Assembly: GCA_900696645.1 (NCBI GenBank)
Contig: CAADGV010000043.1
Span: 66,848 to 130,847, forward strand
Direction of reading: 5' to 3'
DNA length: 64,000 nucleotides
Source: an uncultured Chlorobiota bacterium
GTDB lineage: Bacteria; Bacteroidota; Ignavibacteria; UBA10030; UBA6906
Part shown: piece after piece, positions 1 through 9,550 of the stretch
Layout: each line of letters opens with the position of its first letter
Numbering within the stretch: position 1 is the first letter of the stretch
Program-made: the position numbers and the translations under genes
Notes under the pieces: model-generated
The model's database searches: none
What the model saw: only the letters and a program-made list of their open reading frames with translations
What the model was told of the DNA's origin: nothing

Positions 1-5
1 CTCAG

Positions 6-78
6 AGCGGGAGACGGGACTCGAACCCGCGACCAACAGCTTGGAAGGCTGTGACTCTACCAACTGAGTTACTCCCGC
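6..78 (-). tRNA. tRNA-Gly (anticodon UCC)
   Basis: Reverse complement folds as a cloverleaf: acceptor GCGGGAG/CTCCCGC, anticodon stem ACAGC/GCTGT, loop CTTCCAA, GGTTCGAGTCC T-arm, discriminator U; no encoded CCA. Confidence 0.85.
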
Positions 79-84
79 GTGTTG

Positions 85-165
85 TGGGCAGGGAAGGATT
101 CGAACCTCCGAAGGCCAAGGCCGTCAGATTTACAGTCTGATGCGTTTAACCACTTCGCTACCTGC
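85..165 (-). tRNA. tRNA-Tyr (anticodon GUA), long variable arm
   Basis: Reverse complement GGGCAGG...; anticodon stem TCAGA/TCTGA with loop CTGTAAA; long extra arm; GGTTCGAATCC T-arm; discriminator A. Confidence 0.85.
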
Positions 166-237
166 CCGTTCTTCTTTCCCCATCCCAATTCACCGTGCAC
201 TGCCACTTCTCATATTCGAAACTCTGACACTCGTTTG

Positions 238-310
238 AGCTGGCGACCAGAGTCGAACTGGTGACCTGCTGATTACAAGTCAGCTGCTCTACCAACTGAG
301 CTACGCCAGC
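238..310 (-). tRNA. tRNA-Thr (anticodon UGU)
   Basis: Reverse complement GCTGGCGTAGCTCAGTTGGTAGAGCAGCTGACTTGTAATCAGC...; anticodon stem GCTGA/TCAGC, loop CTTGTAA. Confidence 0.85.
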
Positions 311-624
311 ATGTCTTCAGAGTTGGTTTTCTTGCGGAAACCGGAAATGCCTTCTGCAAACCTCGCCGGTTCGCATGTGCTAAAATGGTTATAGCTCACC
401 AGTTTTGGGGTAAGAACTGAGCAGATAAATATAACAAAAAGCGATAAACAGTCAATTATAAAACCCCTTTTTAGCATAATATTTGCAAATGAAATTTTGT
501 TCATGCTGCCCAAGGAACAAGCCTTTTTGAAATATACAGTCTACACTTCTACCAAAGTTTCCCTATCTTGACGGGTAGTCTCTCACAACAACTCTTCATC
601 CATTGACATAACTCGTTCTGAGCC

Positions 625-1506
625 ATGAAGATACCATATATACGTTCAGCAATCATAGTCATCTCCGGTACCCTTCTCATTTCTTGCTCACGGAATGAGC
701 AAAAGCAAACCGACCTGGTTACTTTCCCACTGAAAGGTGAGATAGTCGAGATCGATACGACAAAAAGCAGGCTAATGGTCGCTCACGAGGAAATTCCCGA
801 CTACATGATGGCGATGACCATGCCGTTCAAAATCAAGAATCCAGACCTGTTTCATGACCTTGAAGTCGGTGATACAATTGCAGCAACACTTGCCGTTTCG
901 CGAACCGAAAGCTGGCTTGAAACTATTACGGTTGTCGGGAAAGGAGAACCGCCCGATCCCAAGCTGATTGAAGGTGCAATCCTTGCCCGAATACTCAAAA
1001 CGGGGGATCGACTGCCCGATTATGCTTTGCAGAATCAGGACAATAAGACGGTGAAGTTCAGTGATTTTTTGGGAAAGGCAGTTGCCGTCACATTCATTTA
1101 TTCACGTTGCCCCCTACCTGATTTCTGTATTCTCATGAGCAACCAGTTTGTGAAACTGCAGAAACTCCTCGCACGAGATCAATCCCTCAATGGCAAGTGG
1201 CATCTTATCACGATCTCCTTCGACCCGAAATTCGACTCCCCAAAGGTGATGAAGAGCTACGGAAAATCATATAATGCGGATTTCGCTACGTGGGATTTTC
1301 TGACCGACCCTGATACAACAGGCAAAAACATTATGAAGCTTGCTGACGGGCTTGGACTTTCGTACGAGAATGATGAGGGCGGATTGATTGCCCATAATCT
1401 CCGAACCGTCGTACTCGACAAAAACGGAAAGCTTGCCGCAAATTTCACCGGCAACGAATGGACGGTTGAGGAAGTGGCTGCCGCAATGAAGAAAGCGATG
1501 AGATGA
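625..1506 (+). CDS. Copper-chaperone lipoprotein: N-terminal CusF-like Met-rich Cu(I) OB-fold fused to a SCO1/SenC thioredoxin-like domain
   Basis: Lipobox (LLISC); MMAMTMPF Met-rich motif in a CusF-like segment; thioredoxin-like SCO region with CPLPDFC and a KSYGKSYNADF...IAHN tail. Confidence 0.7.
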   Translation: MKIPYIRSAIIVISGTLLISCSRNEQKQTDLVTFPLKGEIVEIDTTKSRLMVAHEEIPDYMMAMTMPFKIKNPDLFHDLEVGDTIAATLAVSRTESWLETITVVGKGEPPDPKLIEGAILARILKTGDRLPDYALQNQDNKTVKFSDFLGKAVAVTFIYSRCPLPDFCILMSNQFVKLQKLLARDQSLNGKWHLITISFDPKFDSPKVMKSYGKSYNADFATWDFLTDPDTTGKNIMKLADGLGLSYENDEGGLIAHNLRTVVLDKNGKLAANFTGNEWTVEEVAAAMKKAMR

Positions 1507-1514
1507 TTGACACA

Positions 1515-1542
1515 GGCGGAACGTTACCAGGAACATTCCGCC
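1515..1542. terminator. Hairpin between convergent genes (possible bidirectional terminator)
   Basis: GGCGGAACGTT-accagg-AACATTCCGCC, 10 of 11 bp stem; sits between the stops of the convergent 625-1506 (+) and 1560-3377 (-) genes; weak T-tract. Confidence 0.35.
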
Positions 1543-1559
1543 TTGGGGTCGTTGGATTA

Positions 1560-3377
1560 CTATTCGATTACAAAGAGTTTGTAACCGTGGGAACTCAGAT
1601 GTAGCGGCAACTCTGCAACCTGCTTTGTTGAGAGCCGCTTTACATCTCCGCTGAATAATTCTTTCATCACTATGGCGGTTGATAATCCGAAGACTTCTTC
1701 CGTTGGAATTTTCAGTTGTACAGATTTTCCTTCCGAAGAGAAGTTCAACACAACAATAACTCTGTCCTTCCCGGAAACTCGAGCAAATGCATACACGGCA
1801 TCCTCCCCGGAGCCGGTGAGACGAACCATGTTCCCGCGTGACAAGGCGGTGTTGTTTTTCCTGAGATGAAACAGTTCGCGGTAGATGTCGCCAACTTCAC
1901 GAGATCTACTCCAATCAATATCAATTTTTTCAAACAGGCCCAACTTCTTATCGTTTGCAACTTCTTCGCCGTTGTAGATGAGCGGCACGCCGGGAATCGT
2001 GTTGATGAAAACGGTTGCCAGCTTGAGTCCCTCACTACCGAACAGTTCTACCGCCGGAGCATCCCACGCATTCTTGTCGTGATTCGTTGTGAAACGCATA
2101 CGCAATGACCCGACGGGAAATTGTAGCGACTCGTTTCTGAATAATTCATCCAAAACAGTAACCGGGCGTTTGCCGGAAAGAAGCGACTGCAAAACGTCAT
2201 AGGTATTCCATGCGTACGTTATGTCAAACGCCTTCATGTGATGCTCGGGAATAGTTCCTTCGCTTAACATCATCACCGGCTTGATCCTGTTCAACTCATC
2301 ACGAGCATCTTCCCAGAACTCCGTCGGGACAAGCTCAGCCACATCACAGCGGAATCCGTCAATGCCGACATCCTTCACCCACCACTTCATCATCCCGATC
2401 ATATACCGGCGCAACTCGGGTTGTGAATAATCGAGATCTGCAACATCCGTCCAATCATCGTTGGGCGGAATGATGTTACCATCACTATCCCGCGTATACC
2501 ATTCGGGATGTTGAGTGATGAGAGGATTGTCCCATGACGTATGATTCGCAACGAGATCGATAATCAGTTTCATTCCATGACGATGAACTGTTGCCAGCAG
2601 TTTCTTGAAGTCCTCCATCGTTCCGAATTCGCGATTGATGCCGTAGTAATCGCGTACAGCGTACGGCGACCCGAGAGTCCCTTTTCTATTCTTCTCTCCT
2701 ACCGGATGAATCGGCATCAGCCAAAGAACTGTTGCGCCCAACTTTTTCAACTCAGGAATTCTCTTTTCGAGCCCGGCAAAGTTGCCTTCTTTCGAGAACG
2801 ATCGGAGATACACTGAGTAGATGCACGCATCTTTCACCCAGTCAGCACTTTCCACTGCGGGCTTGCCGAAGTAGGGGCTCTTCAACAATTCATCAAGATT
2901 CTTAGTCTCAATCAGCGTAATCGGCTTGTAGATTCCGCCGCCACCTGCGTAATCCTTAACAAGAACAACAACAAGGTTCTCACCGACACGAAGTACCTTG
3001 CTTACATCAAATGCAAACGGATCGCTGTAGCCTGTGTGGTCGCCGACTTCAATCCCGTTGATCCACACAACTGCATCATCGTCAACGCCCGCAAAGTGTA
3101 GACTCATCGGCTCGTCGAGCCGGTGAACAACAACTGTTTTCGCAAACCATCCCCAGCCGTCGTATGTTGCAAGACCCGGATAGTCCTCCCAGAACCTCGG
3201 AGTTTCAACCTTCTGCCAGTTGCTTCGATCAATGGTGTGCTCGTACCATCTGCCATCGATTCCTGATTTCATGCTATCGACTTTGAAAAGCCACTCGCCA
3301 TCAAGTGACATTCGCTGCGACAATCCTGATGAAGCCATAACAAAAAGGATGGTAGTTAAGCACACAATTGATTTCAT
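1560..3377 (-). CDS. Secreted GH13 alpha-amylase-family glycosidase with N-terminal sugar-binding jelly-roll domain
   Basis: Signal peptide; GH13 region I LIIDLVANHTS, region II GFRCDVAELVP, region IV-like WNTYD; N-terminal beta-sandwich (DGEWLFK...WINGIEVG). Confidence 0.8.
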   Translation of the reverse strand: MKSIVCLTTILFVMASSGLSQRMSLDGEWLFKVDSMKSGIDGRWYEHTIDRSNWQKVETPRFWEDYPGLATYDGWGWFAKTVVVHRLDEPMSLHFAGVDDDAVVWINGIEVGDHTGYSDPFAFDVSKVLRVGENLVVVLVKDYAGGGGIYKPITLIETKNLDELLKSPYFGKPAVESADWVKDACIYSVYLRSFSKEGNFAGLEKRIPELKKLGATVLWLMPIHPVGEKNRKGTLGSPYAVRDYYGINREFGTMEDFKKLLATVHRHGMKLIIDLVANHTSWDNPLITQHPEWYTRDSDGNIIPPNDDWTDVADLDYSQPELRRYMIGMMKWWVKDVGIDGFRCDVAELVPTEFWEDARDELNRIKPVMMLSEGTIPEHHMKAFDITYAWNTYDVLQSLLSGKRPVTVLDELFRNESLQFPVGSLRMRFTTNHDKNAWDAPAVELFGSEGLKLATVFINTIPGVPLIYNGEEVANDKKLGLFEKIDIDWSRSREVGDIYRELFHLRKNNTALSRGNMVRLTGSGEDAVYAFARVSGKDRVIVVLNFSSEGKSVQLKIPTEEVFGLSTAIVMKELFSGDVKRLSTKQVAELPLHLSSHGYKLFVIE

Positions 3378-3411
3378 GATACTCTCTTTCAGTGATTACT
3401 CCATAAGAACT

Positions 3412-4614
3412 TCATACTTCAGGGCCGAAAAAGAACACAAGCACAATTCCGGCCGCAACAGTCCATTGAATTCGTTGTCTTACGTGCATCTCTCTTTTTC
3501 TGACTGAATTCCACCAGAGAGCAACAAGAATCATCATCCCGACAAGAATGGCAGTAGTCAACAACGCTTCAGGATACCCGAAGGTATGATTGACGATTGT
3601 CGAGAAACTAAAAGGGCCGAAGTTGCCGTAGATCAAGAAAAGATGCAGCGTGTACACAATCAACGATTCGCGACCCACGAGTGTAATGATTGATTTCGGG
3701 GAAACACGTACATTCTTCTCGTAGAAATACAACCCCGCACAAAATATCATCACAATCCCCAGCCTCAGAAAGAAGAAGCTCGGGCTCGAAAGTCCATAGT
3801 TATATGAAGGATAGATTTTTGCAGCGAACGGCTCGATGAGAATCGAAGCTGCAATCATCATCGGGGCAATCCACAACACACGCTTCATCATTACGTTCTC
3901 GTCATATTTCGATCCGGGATTCCCTGATTCGTCCTTCGCTTTCAGATAGAAGAAACCGAACGCTGCGCCAGCGAAGAGAAACGCCATCCACGGAAATAAC
4001 GGAAATCCGGGAAACTGCGGGAAGTGAATGCCGTTCATGTATCCGGCAAGAGGAAGAGGGAGAATCTCCCGAAAATCAATCCCCCAAATAAATGGAGTGA
4101 CAAACGGGATAAGCATCGCCAGCCCCGTTACTGCGACATACAAACGTCTCTCAGTCCTGAAAAGTAACAGCAATAACTGAATCAACAGTAGACTCACGCC
4201 GATACACTGCAACACATCAGCCTGAAAAAAGATTTGCCACGAAAGCTCGGTTGTTTCGGTGATGATTTGTCTGAAGTTGAATTTCGGGATATGCAGCAGG
4301 TATCCGATCATCACAACAAACAAGAGACGACGGATTTGCTTGTACAGAGCCGGTCCAAAGGAAAGATAGTCGCTCAACTTCCGGCGCGTCGTTACAGCGT
4401 AGGCAAGTCCCGAAGCAAAGAGGAACGAAGGGGCAACAAGGCCGTTGGCAAACTTGATCCATCGAAAGAAATCGCTTTCGAAAATCTCATTTGCTAACGT
4501 CGCATTCATGACGTGGGTTTCGATCATGACGAGTACTGCCCACCCGCGCAGCAGGTCAATGTACTCTACCCGGCGGGATTTTACGGAAGACGCTTGAAAT
4601 GAATGTTCACTCAT
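3412..4614 (-). CDS. DUF1624 / HGSNAT-like polytopic membrane acyltransferase-family protein
   Basis: N-terminal IDLLRGWAVLVMIETHV motif; about 10 predicted TM helices; paralog of the next gene. Confidence 0.6.
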   Translation of the reverse strand: MSEHSFQASSVKSRRVEYIDLLRGWAVLVMIETHVMNATLANEIFESDFFRWIKFANGLVAPSFLFASGLAYAVTTRRKLSDYLSFGPALYKQIRRLLFVVMIGYLLHIPKFNFRQIITETTELSWQIFFQADVLQCIGVSLLLIQLLLLLFRTERRLYVAVTGLAMLIPFVTPFIWGIDFREILPLPLAGYMNGIHFPQFPGFPLFPWMAFLFAGAAFGFFYLKAKDESGNPGSKYDENVMMKRVLWIAPMMIAASILIEPFAAKIYPSYNYGLSSPSFFFLRLGIVMIFCAGLYFYEKNVRVSPKSIITLVGRESLIVYTLHLFLIYGNFGPFSFSTIVNHTFGYPEALLTTAILVGMMILVALWWNSVRKREMHVRQRIQWTVAAGIVLVFFFGPEV

Positions 4615-4670
4615 GAGGACGAGAGATTAGCAACAATGCCCGGCAGTAGCGGTGAGATACCGGGTAAACG

Positions 4671-5813
4671 CTACCAGGGACGCGAAACAAAAATGTAGAG
4701 AAGCGAACTTACGAGTCCCACCTGAATGATGCGCGTTGGAATAAAATGCCGTGAGCGCAGATAGTTCCAGCCGAACACCACGGCAATCATCAGTCCGAGA
4801 ACGAAAACCCCTGTCGCGACGGCGTAATGCGCCTGTAACGTTTGCCCGATCAGCTGGTAGAGTCCCTTATTCATCGACGAACCGTACACAATCACGAGGT
4901 GAAGCGCGTACACCATAAGCGATGCCTGCCCGAGCCGTACAAGGCTTCGCTCGAGCGGTTCCGGCAACCGGCGGATATAATAGAACGCAAGCGTTATCAA
5001 CATCACGATACCAATCCGGATGACGAACAAGTTCGGACTGGTTTTCCAAAAATCGTATTCCGGATACAACGAGACGGGGGCACGGTCGAAGACAAACGCC
5101 AGCACGATGGCGCAAATGGCAAGAGCAAGAATGCGTTTAATGAAAACGGTTTCCTGTTCTGTACGTCGCGCTTCAAGAAAGTAGTATCCCACCACCACAC
5201 CGGAGAATAAATATGCAGCATAAGGAAACACAGGAAACATTGAAAGCTGCGTTTGGTTGAAATACGGCGACAAGGCCGGCGACACAAGCGGAGCGAAGTC
5301 AATGCTCCAAATAAACGGGGATGCCAACGCGATGCCCGCAGCAAGAACAGTCATAGTATGAGCAAAAGCGCGGAGCGACGGCGTCAACAATAAGACAATG
5401 TGCAAGATGAGAAGGCCGGCGGCAACGCAATGTAAAATGTCCACTTGGAACAGTTGTGCCAGATCCGACGATGAAGCATTCGTCAGAATCTTGGTGAGCG
5501 AGAAAAACGGAAAATGAAGCGCATATCCTATAACAAAGAGCAACGCCACCCGCGACAATCGCTTCAGGACAGGTTTGCCGAACGCACGATAGTCCTCCCA
5601 CCGCCTCGCAGTAGCAACCATGAATGCATATCCGGCTACGAACAGGAACATCGGAGCGGTGAACCCGCGAAACATGTCGTACCAGCGAAACGCTTCCGTT
5701 GCACGCGCTTCCGGCGACAAAACGGAATCGATGCTGTGCCCCATCACCATCACGACGACGGCGAAGCCCCGCATGATGTCCAGGAAATGAATCCTATTTA
5801 ATGATTTGTCCAT
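4671..5813 (-). CDS. DUF1624 / HGSNAT-like polytopic membrane protein (tandem paralog)
   Basis: N-terminal FLDIMRGFAVVVMVMGHS; same architecture as the 3412-4614 gene. Confidence 0.6.
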   Translation of the reverse strand: MDKSLNRIHFLDIMRGFAVVVMVMGHSIDSVLSPEARATEAFRWYDMFRGFTAPMFLFVAGYAFMVATARRWEDYRAFGKPVLKRLSRVALLFVIGYALHFPFFSLTKILTNASSSDLAQLFQVDILHCVAAGLLILHIVLLLTPSLRAFAHTMTVLAAGIALASPFIWSIDFAPLVSPALSPYFNQTQLSMFPVFPYAAYLFSGVVVGYYFLEARRTEQETVFIKRILALAICAIVLAFVFDRAPVSLYPEYDFWKTSPNLFVIRIGIVMLITLAFYYIRRLPEPLERSLVRLGQASLMVYALHLVIVYGSSMNKGLYQLIGQTLQAHYAVATGVFVLGLMIAVVFGWNYLRSRHFIPTRIIQVGLVSSLLYIFVSRPW

Positions 5814-5871
5814 AAATGAAAAATCCCGTCGACATCACGGGCTTGTTGTTACAACATATTATGGCACATTT

Positions 5872-6246
5872 CTACTCTCCGATTTTTTCCTTGATGATTT
5901 GCTCCAACTCATCAAGATCCACCGGCTTGGTGATGTAAGCGGCACCGCCGATTTCCTTGCCGAATTTCCGAGCATAGTAATCATCAATTCCCGTAAGGAA
6001 GACAAACGGCAATGACTTGAAATCTGCCTGCTTGCGTACTTCCTGAAATAGCTCGAAGCCATTCGTTCCCGGCATCACCAAATCCGAAACGACAATGCTC
6101 GGGTTCAACGACTTGATTGCCGTCATCGCCTGCTCGGCTCCTTCAGCAGCCTCGACTTTGAAGCCGCGCTCTGTAAGTCCGGCCTTTGTAGCGACAAGCA
6201 TTCCCGGCTCGTCATCAACCAGGAGAACAAGTTTGTCTTTCAACAT
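5872..6246 (-). CDS. Single-domain CheY-like response regulator (receiver only)
   Basis: MLKDKLVLLVDDEPG...VVSDLVMPGTNGFELFQEVR...FVFLTGIDD; start moved to the internal ATG at 6246 (cat at 6244-6246). The ORF-track N-terminus at 6354 (which would overlap the hpnE 3' end) has no receiver-domain homology. Confidence 0.75.
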   Translation of the reverse strand: MLKDKLVLLVDDEPGMLVATKAGLTERGFKVEAAEGAEQAMTAIKSLNPSIVVSDLVMPGTNGFELFQEVRKQADFKSLPFVFLTGIDDYYARKFGKEIGGAAYITKPVDLDELEQIIKEKIGE

Positions 6247-6322
6247 CGCATCGGGTCTCATCTGTGGGAATAAATTAAACCGATTCTGCAAAGAAATGCA
6301 ATGAATCGGACATGAAACTCTT

Positions 6323-7651
6323 TTAACTGTAGCGAGCCGCAGCAAGCGCGGCACACCGTTCGCCGCTCAAAATCGCCCCTTCAATCGTTGCAGGCAAGCC
6401 GGTGTTCGTCCAATCTCCCGCGAGAAGCAGATTCGCAATTTCAGTCTGATGGTCTGGGCGCCGCGGTTCTGTATCGGGCGTGCACGAAAAGGTTGCCCGC
6501 TTTTCGCGCACAACGACGGCGTGGAATGGCTTCATGGAAACCTTGTACACGCTCGTCACATCATCACACGCTACTCGAACCAGTTCATCATTCGACATGC
6601 TCACAAATTCCTCACCCGCACTGATCACACACGACACATGTCCGCCCGGGTTGTTTTCTTGGTTGATTCTTCTCTTGTTGAACGCCCACTGCACTCTTTT
6701 CCCGATCAATCCAATCATGTCATGAGACATGAAATCATTTCCGAACCACAAATGGATCGAAACAATCGGCGTGTTGGGCACCAATGAAAACAGCGTGCTT
6801 TTCAACGATGATGGAAGAAGTTCTGAAAGCCTATAATGAGGGATACACAGTATCACGACAGAACATTCAAGATCACTACCATTGCGAATCTTAACTCGGT
6901 TGACATGTTGATCGACTATGTTGAGATGCACAACATCCGTATTGATACGAACCTCGCCGCCTCGTTCGCAAAGATATTTTACGGCATCATCAACATACAA
7001 CTCGCTCAATCCGACACGCGGAATGGCCAGCGCGGCGTTTTTCCGATCAGAAAGAAATGCATGGCGCAGTGAATTAACAAACACATGTGCAGAGGCCTTT
7101 GAAATGTGTTCATTCATGATAGAGATGGCAAGCGGCTCCCAGAATGAACGCTTCGTTTCTTCCGTCTGAGCTGTTGCATTGAGCCAATCTTCAATCGTCA
7201 TTCCATCCAAAGATGATGCAGTTCGAAGAGAGATGCCTGCACGCAACAACTTCAGTTTATCACCCAAGGAAAAGAGATCCGTCGAGAGAATGGCTGCGGG
7301 TAAATGAAAAGGGGACGGCAGATCCGGAATCCGATATGAACAGAATCCGCGTTGGGGATGATGAAAATGAAGAAGGGGCTCCCTCTGAATCGTGAGAAGA
7401 TGTTTCGTCCCGATACGTTCCAGAAATTTCATCGTCCGCTCATACCCGGCAATCAACACATGCTGGCCGTTGTCGATGACATCACCTGTTGTCTCATCAA
7501 CGAATGAGTACGCCCTGCCGCCTAACTTCGGCTTCTGTTCAAGAACAATAACGGGGACATTTCTCGAGGCAAGTTCAACCGCGGCGGCAAGTCCGCTCAA
7601 TCCACCGCCAACAATAATGACGGGCTTCGAATTAGATGATGGAGAGTGCAT
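6323..7651 (-). CDS. hpnE: FAD-dependent amine-oxidase-family desaturase, HpnE-like (hydroxysqualene dehydroxylase)
   Basis: N-terminal dinucleotide-binding VIIVGGGLSGLAAAVELA...VLEQKPKLGGRA; follows two squalene/phytoene-synthase paralogs in the hpnC-hpnD-hpnE order. Confidence 0.6.
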   Translation of the reverse strand: MHSPSSNSKPVIIVGGGLSGLAAAVELASRNVPVIVLEQKPKLGGRAYSFVDETTGDVIDNGQHVLIAGYERTMKFLERIGTKHLLTIQREPLLHFHHPQRGFCSYRIPDLPSPFHLPAAILSTDLFSLGDKLKLLRAGISLRTASSLDGMTIEDWLNATAQTEETKRSFWEPLAISIMNEHISKASAHVFVNSLRHAFLSDRKNAALAIPRVGLSELYVDDAVKYLCERGGEVRINTDVVHLNIVDQHVNRVKIRNGSDLECSVVILCIPHYRLSELLPSSLKSTLFSLVPNTPIVSIHLWFGNDFMSHDMIGLIGKRVQWAFNKRRINQENNPGGHVSCVISAGEEFVSMSNDELVRVACDDVTSVYKVSMKPFHAVVVREKRATFSCTPDTEPRRPDHQTEIANLLLAGDWTNTGLPATIEGAILSGERCAALAAARYS

Positions 7652-8513
7652 GCCGCGGAAGGCGGGGTTCGTGCGCGTATTGCAGTTGGTGACTGAGCCA
7701 GTAGCGGAATGCTATCAGCAGTTTCAGAGGCTTGGAAATCGCAATGCGCCGCTCGAACACGTTGTAGTTCGAACGTTCGATTCTTCGGAGTGTGTGCGCA
7801 TAGATCGACCACATGATGCGTGCGGCAAAGAAGTAATGCTTATCCTCATCCTTCAACGCGTTGCGGGCAAGATCGAAATACTCACGGGCATGGTTGCATT
7901 CGAACCGCATCAGGTTGGCAAAGTTTTGCGTGTAGCGAGCATTCAGTATATCTTCTTCCGTCACGCCGAAGAGCTTCATATCTTCGAGAGGAAGATAAAT
8001 GCGGCCGCGCTTTGCATCATCCTTTACATCACGCAGAATGTTGGTGAGTTGCAAGGCAATACCAAGGTTGATCGCGTAGTCACGCGTCGATTCATTCCGG
8101 TATCCGAAAATCTGCCTGCACATCAAACCGACGGAGGATGCAACGAGGTAGCAATAGTCTTTCAACTCATTGAAATTATTGTAGCGATTCTTCGACAAAT
8201 CCATCTCCACGCCGCTAATCAACTCATAGAAATGGTCAACCGGAATGTTAAACCGCCGCGCCGTTGATGCAAGCTGATTCAGAAGCGGCAAACTCGACTC
8301 GCCGCGCAGCGTTCTGGCAAGCTCCATCCGCCACTTCCGCAGCATCACGACTTTCATCGTTTCGTCGGAGCCTTCATCAACGATATCATCGGTATAGCGA
8401 CAAAAAGCATACACGGCATGAATCGCTTCGCGCTTATGCGGCGGCAATACGGAGAACGAGTAGTAGAAGCTCGTATTGCTTTGCTTCGTTATGTCTTCGG
8501 CTATTGCACTCAT
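7632..8513 (-). CDS. hpnD: Squalene/phytoene synthase family, HpnD-like (presqualene diphosphate synthase)
   Basis: SFYYSFSVLPPHKREAIHAVYAFCRYTDDIVDE (first Asp-rich motif); YCYLVASSVG; second Asp-rich region; 4-nt start/stop overlap with the hpnC-like gene. Confidence 0.6.
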   Translation of the reverse strand: MSAIAEDITKQSNTSFYYSFSVLPPHKREAIHAVYAFCRYTDDIVDEGSDETMKVVMLRKWRMELARTLRGESSLPLLNQLASTARRFNIPVDHFYELISGVEMDLSKNRYNNFNELKDYCYLVASSVGLMCRQIFGYRNESTRDYAINLGIALQLTNILRDVKDDAKRGRIYLPLEDMKLFGVTEEDILNARYTQNFANLMRFECNHAREYFDLARNALKDEDKHYFFAARIMWSIYAHTLRRIERSNYNVFERRIAISKPLKLLIAFRYWLSHQLQYAHEPRLPRHALSII

Positions 8514-9376
8514 ACCGTTCGACGAAAGAATGATTTCATCAAGATCGACAACTTATCCAGCGTACCAATCGCGGGGCGGTTGCCAAATACATCGTAGTTC
8601 TGATTTTCAATCTTGTTCAGAATCGTGACACCGCCGTTCCATGTTAGTAGAAGTTCGAAGCGCAGTTTTCGTGTCGCTTCTGTCAGGAGAGGCCGGCCCG
8701 CATTGAATATCCCGCGTGTACGCTCGACCTCAAACTTCATCAGACTGATGAACCTCTCATCCCGACAGCGGGAGAAAAATTCTTCCTCAGTATAGCCAAA
8801 TCGATGCATATCTTCAAGCGGCACATAGATGCGTCCTTTGTGTAAATCAACGCTTATATCCTGCCAAAAGTTCGCAAGTTGAAGGGCCGTACAGATTGAG
8901 TCGGAAAGCAGCATGTTACGCTCAGACGCATCATCAAACAAATGCAACACAATGCGGCCGACCGGGTTCGCCGAATGCTTGCAGTAATATGACAGATCGT
9001 CAAACGTCGCATACCTGTTCGTCGTCACATCCATCTTGAATGCCGTCAGCAAATCAGTAAGCAACTGCTTGGGCATGTTCTTCCGACGCGTAACTTCAGC
9101 GAGCGCAATAAACACGGGATGCGAGGTTTTGCCCTCATAACACTTGTCCAGTTGCCGTTGCCAATCGTCGAGTTTGTCAAGACGTGCTTGTGCAGGAAGA
9201 GTTCCTTCGTCGGCAAAGTCATCGGCTATACGGGAAAAGGCATACACTGCGGCGATGTACGGCCGGAGATGTTTCGGGAGGAAAAATGATGCAACGGGGA
9301 AATTCTCGTAATGACTGCGGGCAATGTTCTCACAGTGTTGGAACGCGTCTTGAATGGAACTGTTGCGGTTCATCAA
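8510..9376 (-). CDS. hpnC: Squalene synthase HpnC-like
   Basis: YENFPVASFFLPKHLRPYIAAVYAFSRIADDFADE; YCKHSANPVGR; LQLANFWQDISVD. Confidence 0.6.
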   Translation of the reverse strand: MMNRNSSIQDAFQHCENIARSHYENFPVASFFLPKHLRPYIAAVYAFSRIADDFADEGTLPAQARLDKLDDWQRQLDKCYEGKTSHPVFIALAEVTRRKNMPKQLLTDLLTAFKMDVTTNRYATFDDLSYYCKHSANPVGRIVLHLFDDASERNMLLSDSICTALQLANFWQDISVDLHKGRIYVPLEDMHRFGYTEEEFFSRCRDERFISLMKFEVERTRGIFNAGRPLLTEATRKLRFELLLTWNGGVTILNKIENQNYDVFGNRPAIGTLDKLSILMKSFFRRTV

Positions 9377-9550
9377 CTTGGTGTACGATACATGTTGTTC
9401 TCATTCCCGGCAGAGGCCATCGGAAAACCGTGAACCCGAGTTAGTGAAAAAGCAGAGTGCCGTTCCGGGTTGGACCCTCAGCCGATATGATGTTGTTCAT
9501 CAAAAGAATATATTTGTTCAGAAACCGAATAGCAACGAACACAGATCAGC

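Noticed and set aside
301-513. 70-aa minus-strand ORF between the tRNA array and the SCO gene
   Set aside because: It overlaps the tRNA-Thr 5' end, sits in a likely promoter region, and has no ribosome-binding site or domain support.
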